NCBI RefSeq assembly: GCF_000002075.1
Contig: NW_004797278.1
Span: 1,836,831-1,897,054, forward strand
Direction: 5' to 3'
Source of the DNA: Aplysia californica
Taxonomy: Eukaryota
DNA: 60,224 bases
Position numbers and translations under genes: made by a program
The notes under the pieces: generated by a model
The model's input: the letters and a program-made list of their open reading frames with translations, nothing else
Told to the model about the DNA's origin: nothing
The model's database searches: none
Part shown: positions 12,721-24,645 of the stretch, piece by piece
How positions within the stretch are numbered: position 1 is the stretch's first letter
Layout: every line of letters starts with the position of its first letter

Positions 12721-12835
12721 AAGCCAACAGGACATTACAATTAGGCCTAACCCTTTTTGTCTGTCTCTTGTCAAGTTACCAGAACTTGTAAGAAAAGTTA
12801 GATATGACGGTTCCCCCCCCCCCCCTACTCTTTTC

Positions 12836-13350
12836 TTAGATCTAGAATCTAGATCTAGTCTACTACTTGGGCCAAAACCTGCGACAATTGCAGCGGGGTT
12901 GGAACTACCGAAAAAGCGTCTAGATTTCTAGATCTAGACTCTAGAAACTAGATTCTAGATCTCTAGATCTAGATCTAGATCTAGATCTAGATATACTATC
13001 TAGATCTATCTGTCAGGCCTACAGTTATAAATATTATAAATAGATCTGGTATATCACCATCTAAGTCTAGGACTGATTCAGACTCAAAAGTCAAAACTCA
13101 GAATTGTGGATTCAGACAAATTTTTAAGAGCTCCAGATCTAGTCTAGAAAATCTAGATCTAGATATATCTAGATTCTAGATATCTAGATTCTAGATCTAG
13201 AATCTAGATCTATTCTAGATCAAGATCTGAGATGAGTAATACCTTGATAATTTTTATTTTTGAGATTACTCGAGACTCGCCTTATAAATTCTGACAGAGA
13301 TTGTGATAGAGCTAGATATAGATTATATCTAGATTCTAGATTCTAGATCT
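12836..13350. repeat. (TCTAGA/AGATCT)n palindromic simple-repeat arrays
   Basis: For example ctctagatctagatctagatctagatctag at ~12960-12990; further tracts at ~13630-13700 and ~13960-14040. Confidence 0.9.
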
Positions 13351-13791
13351 ATGACTAATAACTATAATGAGTAATACAAAGAGATTACTCAGACACTCCT
13401 TCTGAGTGGGTAGCCTATACATTTTCATGAAAACATTGAATGTACTGAGAGTTTCAGTATCAGCCTTCAATTAAGTAGCCTTCTATCAGTGTTATTATAT
13501 TGTTACAGGTCTAATATATGGCCCACCTTTAATTATATAGAGCTGTAACCATAATGAACATGTGACTTTCTTGAGAAAAATATTGCGAAGATTGTATTTT
13601 TGATAATGACGGAAAAGTTACAATACTAATCTAGATCTAGACTAGATCTAGATCTTAATCTAGATAGATTTTCTATATATATATATAATATATAGATCTA
13701 GATTATTCAACTCTGACTAGAGCCAAAACATCCAGTGATCCCCTTTCATTTCATTGTGTATTTTGCAGAAGTGAGTTGGTAATACAAGATC

Positions 13792-13908
13792 ATGGCTAAA
13801 CAAATCAGTCAGAAGACATTTGATGATGTTGTGAGGGAGAATATGAGAGAATTTGAAATGGAAGCTGAGGAGGCGGTGCAGGATGCCATCCAGCAATTTG
13901 AATCACAG
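13792..13908 (+). CDS. ARMC6: Armadillo repeat-containing protein 6, coding exon 1
   Basis: [39 protein letters not shown] is the characteristic ARMC6 N-terminus. Donor CAG|GTATC, phase 0. Confidence 0.92.
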
Positions 13909-14137
13909 GTATCGTACTGTTCTTCAAAAAAATAGTTATATTTGATTCATCAAGTAGATATCTAGATCATCTAGATCAAACTTCTGAAGAGCAAAAGTGC
14001 TTTCCAAAATGGAAAACCATCAAGAATCTAGATCTAGATTCTTGATATTTTTAACTTAATTGTCATTTAAAAAATGAATTGGTGTCATATTGAAATGAAG
14101 GCTCGCTGTCTCAAATGGATAATATTTAGAATGGAAG

Positions 14138-15082
14138 ACGCTAGCCGTATTTAATTACGGCTAGGGTAGGCCTAACCACGGTCATTTGGTCACACTGTCA
14201 TTTTGTCACGCCCCGATTATATGTGACGAAATGACGTCCCTTATCTCTCGAAAATTGTTGTACTAACCCTAGAAGCGCAGCCCCGGAAGTAACCCACCCC
14301 AAATGCATTTTCCATATTTATATAAGGAATGCTGAAATTTTCCGTTGAAAAGGGTCAGGTCCTCTATTATGCCCTTTATCTGGACGAAATGACTGGTATT
14401 CACGACTAGATGGCTAGGCTAGCCGTAGTTAAGGATGGTTGTTAAGACTGGCAGGCTAGCCGTACTTAATGACGGTTAGACGGCTAGGCTAGTCTTACTT
14501 TTGATGACTAGACTGCAGGCAAGTCATACTCATATTTAATCATGATGGCTAGACTGACAAAACAAAAAGATAAAAAATACTGAATTGTACTCAATGACGA
14601 CTAGACTGCTAGATTAGCCGTACTTTAGGACGGCTAGGCTAGCCGTATTTAATAATGATGGCTAGACTGACAAACAACAACAAAATACTGAACTGTAAAT
14701 AAATTTTTTGTTTGCAGTCTAAAATATGTCAAAAGGTGCCTTACTGACAGTGCATGTATTTTAAACCTGAATAATTACTCATACTAACATGACCTCTGTA
14801 CTCTACAGTTTTCGGTCAATATACTAACCTAAGTACGGCTAGACTGGCAGGCTAGCCGTACTTAATAATGATGGCTGAATTGTAAACAAAATTTTAATTT
14901 GCAATGCCTAAAATATTTGTATTTCAAACGAAACCAAAGGTGCCTTACTGACTTGCATATTTGAAACCTGAATAATTACTAAATTACTAATGAGACCTGT
15001 GTACTCAACAGGTTTCGGTCAATTGGGCCTAACTTAAGTACGGCTAGACTGGCAGGCTAGCTGTACTTAAGTTCAGCTAGCT
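14138..15082. repeat. Palindromic minisatellite (CTAGCCGTACTTAA..ACGGCTAGACTG) with a ~190-200 bp tandem duplication
   Basis: Repeated gctagccgta/acggctag units at 14400-14700; segments ~14690-14875 and ~14875-15075 are similar. Confidence 0.75.
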
Positions 15083-17671
15083 ACTTCAATATATAGAATT
15101 GGATTTATCCCACTTTCATGTGGTAAAACAATGGTTTGCATTAAACATATGCAGGGGCTTGACTACCATACTTCAGTAGGCTACGGGGAATTAGGAGCAT
15201 GTTATAATCTTCTCTGATACTGGTAAGTATAATCTTACATCATAAGAGAACCTTCAAAAATGAATGTTGAAGTAGAATAGTTCAAATTTTAACTGCCCTG
15301 GCGTAATTTCAGTGATGATGGGTGGATCAAAATGTTGGTGGGGCTTAAAAATGAGGAAGGGTTGAGTTAAAAAATCATGATTTCCTCAGTTTGGAGGAAA
15401 GCCTAGAAATTCGTGTAAGTTTATATGTGCGCAAGTAGGTGTTGGTTTTTGTATGATTTTATGTGTGCATGTGTCTCTAATTTTTTTAAGTGATATGGGT
15501 GGTCGGGTGTGTGCTTGCACTTGACATCAAGGGCAGAGGAAAACCATCAATCAGCAATAAAAGAAAAACTGTGCTGATTTTTGTGAACTCACGATGAGCC
15601 ACAGACATTTTGATAACCACTCACTCAGACAAGAAAAGTGGTCTTAGTCTTCCATCTCTTTGTTCTTATTTGAAATCGTCTAGCAACTCCAACTTTTCAT
15701 CTGAAATCAGGTGATAAAAAGGATTCCCTTTAATAGTAATAATGTTTGACATGATTCACAACTGATCAATTTCAGCTGCACAAACATACTCAAAGCATTT
15801 CAAACATTGTGTCTGTGAAAACACACAGTAGAAAGACATTCCTAATGAAGGTCCAACGAGCGCTAAAGTAACCGTGTATCACTGAACAAAGTGTGTTACC
15901 CCATTGTCAGGGCTCAGAGAGCTCTTCAACCCCTCTTTGCTGTGTTGTTGGCAAGTTCTTTTAAAAAAAATATATTTTACCTTTTTACAAGAAAATTTTC
16001 ATATGAAAGGGTATGGAATGAACGGGTTCATCCTTTGCTGAGCCCTTAATACATTTGATTGGCTGTTTATTAGTTAGTTTTAGTAAAGGTTTTACGGCGC
16101 TTGCAACTGCATAAGGTAATAAATATGCTGTTTGTTAGGTTACTACAATTGTAGTTGGGGATAAATAGTGATTAATTAAACAAAAAGCATGGCTGTGTGC
16201 AACTTGAGGCAGGTAATTCTAAATGAATCATAATGGTTTCAACAGATTATTTTGTTAATTAAGAAACGTTCATTTTCTTAGGGAAAGAGTTCAAGGGAGG
16301 GTGGACTCAAGCCCTCATTAGCTGCCTCTATGCACCACTACTGCATAATTTAGAATTGATCCTTGCCCACTAAATGATTCTGTGATCAACTATTATGGGC
16401 AACGTTGAAATTTTTTAACAGTTCTTGGAGCAGACTTAGTTTTAATGTAGTCATATGGGCAATAGATGTTGGACTTATTAAAGACACTTTGACTGAAGAA
16501 AGAAGAAGTCAAAGCCACTGTTCTCTTGACTGGTTTCATATGGTCAATACTGTAGATTAAAGTGTTATTCTTGAAATGGGAAAAAAAGGCTGCCTAACCT
16601 GCAAATGAGTTCCTTAGAAAAAGGCACACTAATGGTTATTCGTCAAAAGTGCATTTTTATTTGTTGCCCACTTTGCCTCTGTGGCAAGGTCAAGCCCAGT
16701 CTCGTTTCCTGCCAGCACTAAGCCTGTTGTTAGAAAGATATTCACCCCTGAGACTTGATACATCTGTTGCTTTGTGTAAGGCAATGCATCCATATAGTAC
16801 ATTTGTTTTTAATGCATCTAACCCAGTTTCGAATGTTTTATATTTTCTCTTGTCTTCAAAACATTTTTTGTGGGGCCTACAAAGTTGCAGCTCGGACTTT
16901 TTGGATAAAGATTTTCTTTCTGCATTATGTCAGACTTGAATTCTTTGCACAGGAACCAGTCTATTATGTGTAGAAACTTGACTTCTTAAACTTCTTTTTT
17001 CAAATGCAAAGCAGTTTCTTTAGGCTTTCCAAGAGAAGAAGCTATAGTTATTCAGGATTTCTAAAAAAAAACCCAAAGAAGTCTTTTTTTTTTTCCATTT
17101 ACCCTCCAAAGCTCAAGTTAAGCCTTCAGCAGGTTCTTCCGCCCACTTCACAGCGGATGTCTCATTTATAACTATGTTTCCTACTAAAGAACGGGGACTT
17201 AACCTTTCAGGCAAGATTATGCAGATCAGGACCTTTCCATTTCACTCTCTGATAAGCTCGCCTAAATGTAGCCCACCAACTCTCCCCAACCCAGGCAGGT
17301 GGATAAAATCGCAGCACTTTAAAGCAGTCCCACAGATAGATCCTTGCCATGACAATTCCATAAAGAGGTCTAGATTTTCAGAAAACCACATGGAATTTAG
17401 ATCATCGTACTCCCTTTATCCCTCCTGTAGCTTACAGGTATTATCAATGAAATAACACCTCAGTCTCTCCTCTATAATGCAGGAATATGAGCAGTGATGC
17501 TAATTCTTTTTTGTGTGTGCTCTTGGAATATTTTTTTTTTTCAATGTATTTGATATTCCTCTGGTGAAAGAGTACTACTTCAGCAACACATGTATTTGTA
17601 CCCCATATTCAAATGAGACTGGTGTGCCCCAAATTCACCATCTTACTTTTGTTTTGCTTTCTTTTTGCCAG

Positions 17672-18341
17672 GGTGTGAACCTAAGCATCATTGTTAAGGA
17701 TCCATCACTTTATACTGAGAGTGCAGATAGTGGAGATACACATGACCACCCAGTTGTTACTGCTGTGAAGAAATTGGATGCCTGTCTTGCGGGTCCTCCA
17801 GGTGCAGCTCAGGATGAAATAGTTTCTTGCTTACAAGATGTACAAAAAGAATGTGACACTGATCTGTCTCGAAGATGTCTTGCTGGAAGTAATGGTGCTT
17901 ATGACGTCTTGTACAAAGCCCTTTGCACCTATGAAAAGGAGCCGGACACTTTTAGACTGGTGCTGTCTTCTTTTTGTGCCCTAGTGAATGGACAGCCTGA
18001 TCTCATAGATTGTAAAGGCATTGAATTACTGATGAGTGCTCTGAAGCAGTATAGAGAGAGTGCTGAAACAGAGGAATTAATTGTAAGGGCAATCAGGCTC
18101 AACTGTGTCAAACATGAGGCAAACAGGCAAGAATTCGTCAAACATGACTATATAATTACTGCCACTGAGCTCCTCACTGCCCACAAGTCTAACCCAACAC
18201 TGGTCAAAGAAATTTGCATCAGTCTTAGAACTCTTACGTTGGATGATGATGTTCGAGTTCCATTTGGGAAGGCCCATGAGACTGCCAAGACAATTGTCAC
18301 AGAAGGGGATGCACTGAAAGCTATTCTGTCACTCTGCGAAG
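17672..18341 (+). CDS. ARMC6: ARMC6 coding exon 2
   Basis: GVNLSIIVK...NGQPDL...CVKHEANRQ...LRTLTLDDDVRVPFGKAHETAK. CAG acceptor, G|GTATT donor, phase 1. Confidence 0.93.
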
Positions 18342-19179
18342 GTATTGAAATCTGTTATTTGTTGATTTACTTTTATATAAGGAAGAGCACTGCCAGTCTA
18401 TTGTCATGATTTTTCACCCTCAAAATGTGTACCAGTACAAAACAAAATATGTAACTTGACGTCAACACTTTAAGAATGCAGTCCTTGAATTTGGATTGCT
18501 TTGATCTGAATTTTTAATAAAAAGTGACAGACTGTCCTGGTTTCTCTAGTTGTGTGTCATTGTTCATAATCATAATAATTGCTAACACTAAATTGCAACT
18601 GAGATTGAACTTTGAAGTCTTTTTCCTTGTAATGTTTATTTGTACTGGGCTGAGACAGAAGAATCTACTGATGGTCTCACAGTTTGTTAATGTTACGCTT
18701 TGTTAGATAAACAGTTGGTAGAGAAGATTTTTTTTCATATAAATTTATCTCGATACGCTGTTCATTTGACTTGTCTGCAGAGTTTGACTGAGGTATTCAT
18801 TTATACATATGCATCCTTGTACTGAATTTTAAAATCTTATTTTCTTTTACATTGTTTTAAGATTATTTTCTTTTAATTAAATGCACTGAGTGGTTGTATT
18901 AACAAACAATTTACTATAGGAGATAAGACTACAGGACTCTCTTTAAAATTCTGTGAATGAAGAATATATAGGCTTACATCATGATTTAGGCTGAACCAAG
19001 AGCTGGCTGCTGAGCTTAGCCTACATGCTTGGTGGTGTCAAATGTCCTCGATTTGTGCTGTCCAAAATTGGAAAAAAGAAATTATTCTTTGGCCAAGGCA
19101 TTTAATGATTTGAATTATATTGTCGAAATTTGTATAGTAATCCAAAACTTGATCTGCCCTGTTTTCCTTGTTTTTTCAG

Positions 19180-19325
19180 AGCATTTGAACAATCCAATAG
19201 TGCTTGCCGAGCTGTTCCTCACTCTAAGCTGCTTGGCAGTGAGAAATGAATTCTGTGAAGAGGTCATGAACAGAGGAGGCCTCAAGCTCATCATTCAAGC
19301 TTTTGAGAGTGGAATAAAAGATAAG
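19180..19325 (+). CDS. ARMC6: ARMC6 coding exon 3
   Basis: EHLNNPIVLAELFLTLSCLAVRNEFCEEVMNRGGLK (LAVRNEFC motif). Splice phases consistent. Confidence 0.92.
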
Positions 19326-20392
19326 GTATGTCTATTTACATGGGTGTTCATATGACTGGATCTATTCTATTTCGTGTGAGTGGTATTAGGAGTAGAGAAG
19401 GCTTTCAAAAAAACATAATTAGTTCTTTCCTTTTAAGATCAACACAAACTATGTACCCTTCCATCTGTTCTTCTGTTTCTGATTTTGTCATATCAGACTC
19501 AGACGTGTTTCCTGGTTTTTCCATAAACAGGGTGGGCAACATAGTCTGTGATTGGCTGCACTACTAATTATTCTACATTGCCAAGTCTTTTTTAGTTTTG
19601 AGGAAATACATGCAGACGTTAACTTTTTATTTTACTTCTACAAGGCATCGACAGTGTTGAAAACTTTTCTTCTTCTATGTTACCAGCAATCTCAGGGATG
19701 ATTGAGTATAGATTACTCTTCAACCTATATGACTATTTTTTATAAATAATCTGTCCCCCGCAGAATTATGCAAATTTAGATGGCCAAATTATGCAAGACA
19801 AATGCAAAATTATGCAAGTTACTGTAACACCATTCACGACATGTTTTGCACTTTTTCAAATAGAATTTTCATGTTTTAGATCTAAGTACAGAAGAACTGA
19901 AACAGAAGATATCAGTATCTGTAGTTCCTTGTGTATTTGGAAAGATACACATCAGTCAGGGGAAAAAAAAACAACCAAAAAATATAATCTCTGTAACTTT
20001 TCAACTGTATAGAGGAAAGAAAAATGTTTAATTTAAAAAAACGACATCTGGACCTCTGATGCTGGCACATCACTAAAACCAGAGACACCTGGCAAACATG
20101 AAACATCAGCAGACATGAGAACAACTTTTGTTGGAGTGAAAAATTGAACATTCTCAAGGAACAAAAATCCCTAACAAGGGAAATAACCAACTTGTCACTT
20201 AAATGAGATGTAGGCTATTACTGAGATTACTTCCCTTTAGTCACATCGCGAGGCATTAAATTGTTTTGTGAAAAAAAAAATATTTTAAAATGCGGGGAAT
20301 AAAAAATTATGCAAATGTTGCAGAATCATGCTACAATACACGGCCCGCGGCTGCACAATCGCATAATCCGACAGGGAGAGAATAATGTATTT

Positions 20393-20784
20393 GGGGGCTC
20401 TTGTGGCCTAGAGGTTAAGGTGTTCGCCTCTCATTCAAAGGTCCTGGGTTCGAATCCAGGTGGCGACAGGAAAAATTTTCTACTGCTACTCCTTGGCTCC
20501 TTCTTACTGCTGTCTTTCAGCCACATCCCTGATTTTCTGGTAGGACAGATCTACACCTAGCCTTCTCGGACAAGGGCGAAAAATCTCGGAGGTCCTGTGT
20601 GCAATTTGCGCAGGTTAAAGATCTCTTGGTGATCTAATATCGATAAGAGTAGGCTTCAGATGCCACCTGGGCAAAATTCAAAATTTCCTACCATCTGAAA
20701 ATGTTTAAAGTGTCACACGTGCTCGTATGACCTCATGCAGTTGCGAGCGCGGTAAAACACTTACCAACCCCCCCCCCAAAAAAA
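20393..20784 (+). mobile_element. SINE family A copy with short middle region
   Basis: Same tRNA head and tail as the 25944 copy; imperfect TSD aa(t/c)gtattt. Confidence 0.85.
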
Positions 20785-21568
20785 AACGTATTTTCCTACT
20801 CGAGCGGAGTATCCCTTGCCTCACATCTCTTTACGTACCTACAAGACCATTTTCCTCACTGCGACTGATCCATTTTGCCAGCTATTTTTTCCATTGTGGC
20901 TGTAAACAGAAAAATATGGGGGGTTTTTGTAATATCAAAATATGTATAGAAATCATTTTTTTATCATCAGACATTACAAGGGAAAAAGTAATCTAAGCCC
21001 AAAATTGTAATTTATGGAAGTCTGTAGCCTGTGAAATGGAAGAAAGTAAGAATTTGTCAAGCTCACAGGCACCAGACACGAGTGGTGCTAGGTGCAAAAT
21101 AAGATACGGAAGTAGGGAATGAGTGAAAGGCAGTCGTGTCATTTCCGAAAGCATTCTTTATTACCAATTACCAGTATAATTTACTATGATCAAAAGTTTC
21201 TCCAGATTTGGAATATTGCCCTAATCTGTCCCCATGGTTTTATGCACCCCGCATAATTTTGCAAAATTTGATCATTTTTTCATAATTTCTGATTATTTTC
21301 CTTTATCTTTCATTCATTGTTAAAATTAACAGAATCGCATAATTTCACATTTTTGGGCTCAGTTTGCATAATTTCAAAATTTTTCTTGCATGAAACAACG
21401 GGGACATCCCAGTAGCCCTTTCAAATGCCAAAAAGTCTTACTTGCACAGCATGTTGTAAACAGAGTCTCAAGAATTATTCGTCCTCATTTGAAAAGACAA
21501 GGTACCCAATAAGCAGGGACAAGCAAAAGAAACCTTAGTTTTGCATCCATTGTATACAGACATGTATA

Positions 21569-21914
21569 CAGTGGAGTCTACTTAAACCAAACACAGTTAA
21601 TTCAGTTTAGTAGAGGTTTTAAGGCGCTCGCAACTGCATAAGGTCATTTGAGCGCCAAGGGGTGGATGTCAACAGAGAAGTCCTTACAGGGAATCAGACT
21701 TACTCTGCTCACCTCTATAGCTTCAACAGAGCAAGGAAATAGCGGGTCGCAAGAGTGTGACAAACATACAAAAGAAGTAGAGGGAAAATGACGATAGTAA
21801 GGATTAGGAAAGAAAAAGCTTTCTATTTGAGTTACCTTTTTAAACAAAAAACGTGGTTAGACCATAAAAAAAATCCAGTGGCCCTACAGATTTTGGCTTA
21901 AGCAGACTCCACTG
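21569..21914. mobile_element. TA-flanked pogo/Tigger-type MITE interrupted by a retroelement tail
   Basis: TA|CAGTGGAGTCTACTTAA ... TTAAGCAGACTCCACTG|TA. Confidence 0.7.
21596..21830 (-). mobile_element. 3' end of a putative LINE (or second SINE) sharing the tail of SINE family A
   Basis: Similar to 50622-50820; ends GGCGCTCAAATGACCTTATGCAGTTGCGAGCGCC...CTAAACTGAA. Confidence 0.65.
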
Positions 21915-22285
21915 TATGTATACATATGTCATGCCTTAAGAACCCATGGACCAAACCTTTGGCATTGCTATTGACATGAAAGACGAGCATCTTACATCTA
22001 GTAAGCTAATCTCCCCCCCCCTCCCCCCCTCTTCCAACCGAAAGACCAAGATACTTCACAACTTGATGAAAATTCTCCCCACATGTGAATCAAACTCAGG
22101 TGTCCTGCATGTGACATCAAAGCGTCTAACTGCTACACTACAGACGCCAGGCTTAATGATGGCAAATATATAATTTTTCCATATACCGATGTTAATCCCA
22201 CAAAAAAAGTTGAAGTTTTAACCTGTAGATCTAATTGCTGCCTTGTGAACACTATAAGAGATTTTAAAGCTCATTAAATCTTATA

Positions 22286-22331
<46 letters not shown>

Positions 22332-22336
22332 CACAG

Positions 22337-22606
22337 GTGATTGTCCGACAAGCCCTTATTGTGATGAAAGTTCTTGCTGGCAATGACGATGTGAAGAAAG
22401 AGATTTGTAAACTTGGAGGTGTGGAGCTTGTTGTGACAGCCATGACCACCCATCAGAACAACTCCCACATTGCAGAGGCAGCCTGTAAACTGCTGACTGC
22501 TATTACTCTGCGGAACCCAGAGAACTGCCGCAAGGTGGTAGATTGTCATGGGCATCAGCATATTGTCCAGGCCATGAAATTACATCCCAATGAAGTGGGA
22601 GTTCAG
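22337..22606 (+). CDS. ARMC6: ARMC6 coding exon 4
   Basis: VIVRQALIVMKVLAGNDDVK...LRNPEN...QAMKLHPNEVGVQ. CAG acceptor, CAG|GTATG donor. Confidence 0.92.
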
Positions 22607-23059
22607 GTATGGAAGAAATATTATCTTTTGTTTCCCCCATTTTGAAGCACTTGTTCTCAATTGGTTGTTGATGTTTTTTCAGTAAATCAAGTCAATTTTG
22701 TTAATGTCATCGTTGTTATTATTGAGTAAAGAGAAGCACACAATGATGGTTATTTGGTATTGGGAAAAAGTAAGACAGACAGACACAACAGAGGAAAATT
22801 TAAGACGTAGGACCTACCAGCGGTACTCTCCAACCACCGCTCTAAGTGTCGAAAAATACTTTTGCTAAGAACTATTGTTAAAGTTGAAGGCCTTTGTCTC
22901 TGCGAAGATAGCTCACAAAGGCCCTATACATAAACACGTGGCGTCAGGTTGTTTGTATTACTTACTAAACTTTAGCCTTGTGCAGAACACAGTGTGCTGA
23001 TGTGGATCCACTTTTTCATCATTTCTGTGTGACTGTCTGGCAGATTAAGCAAGCTGACA

Positions 23060-23206
23060 ATGTCAAAGAGAAAGCATGATGCGTGCAGCCTTCAGCTTAA
23101 ACTGCAGTTACTGAGAGGGGTAGATGAGAAACATTTTTCAAAAAGACAAATTTGCCGCAAGCATGGCATTCCCAGCTCTATGCTGTCAACAGTCACCGCT
23201 ATTTGA
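23060..23206 (+). pseudogene. Tigger/pogo transposase N-terminal psq-type HTH fragment
   Basis: MSKRKHDACSLQLKLQLLRGVDEKHFSKRQICRKHGIPSSMLSTV; Tigger-like end TTAAGCGGAATCCACCTG at ~23250-23266. Confidence 0.65.
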
Positions 23207-23749
23207 GCAATATCTCTTAACTGAAAACACAGCTAAACCAATTTCAATTTAAGCGGAATCCACCTGCTTTCTACTTGGTTTCATACAGCTTTACTACCAA
23301 AACTACACGCTAGTATCATACATGAAGCATATTGTTACCACTGACCTTGGATGTTTAATTTTCAAACAGCCTTCCTATTAAGTCAAGGTTAATGAGCTTG
23401 TTGTATGTCAACCTTCATGAGTTTTTAATTTATGAAGAAAAAAGAGATCAGTAGCATCATGCTAAAAATTGTTGCAGATTTGAAGGCATACAATCCTTCA
23501 GACTAGTTTCTGCTCTAGTACCCGCATTTTTAACTTTCTTCTCATAAGGAAAATGGTGGATAGAAGGGTACAACAAAGCATTTATGAGGCATTTTGGTAA
23601 AATCAGTCACTCGTCAAAGAAATGAAATTGAAGATACGTGTACTTTTCCGACGGTTTGGAAATTTGTATTGAAGTTTTGTTCAATTGGCTCAACACCTTT
23701 CATCTCCATTAAAAAACATGTTTCTGTGTTAATTTTTCTGAAAAACGAT

Positions 23750-24060
23750 TAAAGGCACAAAAATACAAATTTTCCGTTTCCCGGGGCTCTTAAGCTTTGG
23801 AAGTCACCAGACTATGGCGACCTTTCATTTGTTAATTATATCAATCGCAAATATCTCGACAAGTTAAATGGGTAATATTTTTTCATCAAAGAATAGACCA
23901 ATGATTTAGCTTTAAGATGATGCCAACAACCCCACATGCCCAAAAATTGAAAAGTGCCAGATTCCACTTCGGCATGTCTCATTTTACAAAAGAGATGGGG
24001 AACCTTATTCTCCACAAACCCCCCAAACAACCATATTCAGATTCTAGAACATAGAATTTC
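23750..24060. repeat. Interspersed repeat, second copy at ~36940-37230
   Basis: Shared aaatttt(c)c.gtttcc..gg.ctct... and tttaagatgat.ccaacaac.cca.atgcc.aaaaattga. Confidence 0.65.
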
Positions 24061-24141
24061 TTTTTTTTTAATTTGATGTCAAAGAAAAGGATATTTTGAT
24101 ACTTTTTATATTATCAGAACTAAATTATTTGAATCTAAATA

Positions 24142-24645
24142 CAGAGGAAACCTGATATAACAGGGAAGATGGGACCAGAGAAAAAGTCCTATTATATCCG
24201 ATCCCTGTTAAATCAGAAATGCAAGAGAAGTAAGCATTTCTGGACTTATCCAGCTGTATTTATTCATGGGTAGTTTCCCTTGTCACAAGTACCCACGAAC
24301 AGGGGTTTTGGCCTTGTGGCAGGCCTGAGCTTGACACATTACGCGTGATTGTAGCTAGGCTTAGGGCTAGTTCGAAGTCTGTAGCACACGGCTCTCTCGC
24401 TTCACCCGCTGCGTGTGCTTGTAGTGGCATGCCTTGTGTGGGCTTGCTCAATCACTGCGCTGCTCTCTCTCTTTCTCTCTCTTAATTTTTACACCTTGTT
24501 AGCAAGCTTTTGTCCCTGCTATAAAACCGAGTGGGCTCCGATAAGGCCTTGTTATTGCCGATAACTTTAAATAGAGACAAAGAGTAGGAAAAAACGGGGA
24601 TTTAAAAAATTCCAGTTATTCCCGGATTCCTGTTGGTTTCCACTG
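24142..24645. mobile_element. Degenerate pogo-type MITE
   Basis: TA|CAGAGGAAACC ... GGTTTCCACTG ends. Confidence 0.5.

Noticed and set aside
17513-17671. N-terminal part of the 298-aa ORF
   Set aside because: Intronic read-through upstream of the CAG acceptor at 17671; ARMC6 similarity starts at GVNL.
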